Source of the DNA: Nemertoderma westbladi
Lineage: Eukaryota > Animalia > Xenacoelomorpha
NCBI GenBank assembly: GCA_032718475.1
Contig: JAUCBJ010000065.1
Span: forward strand, 15,264-79,263
Direction of reading: 5' to 3'
DNA length: 64,000 nt
A model generated the notes under the pieces. The model was given only the letters and a program-made list of their open reading frames with translations, ran no database searches and was not told the origin of the DNA. A program made the translations under genes and the position numbers. Shown piece by piece: positions 62,580 to 64,000 of the stretch. Numbering within the stretch: the stretch's first letter is position 1; each line of letters starts with the position of its first letter.

Positions 62580-62672
62580 TAGGGTTCAACAGAAGGCACT
62601 TTATGGGGCCGAACCGAACCGAAGCAGGGCCAACTTCGGGCCGAACCGAACCGAATCCGAACCGAAGTTCAG
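62580..62672 (+). mobile_element. Probable hAT-like element end with (ccgaa)n subterminal repeats
   Basis: tagggttcaacagaag followed by ccgaaccgaaccgaa arrays; partner end not identified. Confidence 0.35.
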
Positions 62673-64000
62673 AAAGTTAGCAAGTTATGGTCATAAATTC
62701 GTATTTACGTCACTATACTGGCTGACTGGCAGTGGCAGACTGGTACCTATTTGGTCTGCGGACTTAGCATAGCAGCGAGAAAGCTATGATTAATTAAAAA
62801 AATAAATACTACAAAATAAAATGGCAATATTTACATTACTGTCTGTACATTACTAACCTAAACTACTGTGTATACTTCTGTACTTACTGTATGCATGCAC
62901 TTACTGTATGCACCACATTTTCACCCGTAGTAAACCGTACAGTAGGCCTAGTGACATCAAATTTAGAAAACCTCACTAAAAGTACAGGTAGTCTTTGTAA
63001 TACTATTTATATGAGGTAGTAGGTATATTTGGTATTATGTATCAAAGTTATGATTAATTAAATAATATTATTAGATTAGGCTACCACAGTGCCACAGTTA
63101 CAGTCTGACAGTGGTACACTGCATTATAACGACACCCAAGTAATCCATTTTACATGTGGTTGTGGTGTGGTTGACAGGTTGATAATAGACTTCAGGACTT
63201 GTGGCTGTCAGGCTGTAGGCAGGTAAGTAAAGCTCTGAAGCTGTAAAGGAGTAGGTTACAGAGGCGAGTTCTGGAGTTGGGGGAACCAAAACAATAAACG
63301 AATGTTAAAACTTGTTACATGCTGACATGATTATGAACACCATATAAAGGTGCTGGGCTGAGGTGGTGTCGTTTTAATGAGTTAATGCAGTCAGGCAGTG
63401 GTACCTTGTTGTAACCTTCCACAGTACAGCAGTACCGGTAATACAAATACAAGTCTGACACTGACAGTACATCAGTAATACTGTAATTCCTGTAATTCAG
63501 TAGGCCTAATTGGAGTTTTATAGTTCATATCCGACATACTGACATATGTATTGCTATAATAATAAGACTGTAACCTACTGACGGTGACTGACCTTTCTTA
63601 TTGAATTATCGTTTATTGTTTTGGTTAGAAAAGCCCGCAACTGCTGAACTGTAACCTGCTCCTTTCCGTTGATTAAGAAATCTAGTTTGTTTATTGTTTT
63701 TGTCAGTAAACACCGCTACTCCTACTGTCTGAGTCTGACTGTAACCTGCTCCTTTTGCCACAGGTACGCTTATGAACGATAACCGTAATTGATATTAGCA
63801 CCAGCCTACATGCATTACCGGTATCTTTCTAAGCGACTACATTAGGCCGAATAATAATATCTTAATACAGATAATATGGATTACAAACTTAATTAAGAAG
63901 ATACATAGATACCGGTTGACCGGTACCAAAGTAAGTCAAGGTCAGGGTGCTACAAACAAATCCTCCCAACACAAAGTTCGACTCTAATTGACACAGCTGA

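Overview
AT-rich animal (invertebrate-like) genomic DNA, dominated by transposons. Host genes: (i) an intronless 748-aa Pro/His/Cys-rich orphan ORF (8289-10535, -); (ii) a five-exon orphan gene assembled by hand (44465->14219, -, about 304 aa); (iii) a nine-exon C8orf34-like RIIa/D-D domain gene (50888-58144, +). The inferred ~25-kb first intron of gene (ii) holds a 44-bp hairpin satellite that begins exactly at the splice donor and repeats the donor sequence in each unit. Three retroelements interrupt that satellite. Two are distinct CRE-clade (restriction-like endonuclease) non-LTR elements, one full-length with an intact 1559-aa ORF. The third is a decayed BEL/Pao LTR element carrying an extra WRN/EXD-like DEDDy 3'-5' exonuclease ORF. 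Between the two divergent genes is an IS3EU-type DNA transposon (TAY..RTA ends, 6-bp TSD) encoding a DDE integrase-like transposase and a convergent HECT E3-ligase-like gene. Also present: a foldback element with an 8-bp TSD, several MITEs, RTE LINE fragments, SINEs and simple repeats. All family assignments come from motif recognition by eye; no database search was run.
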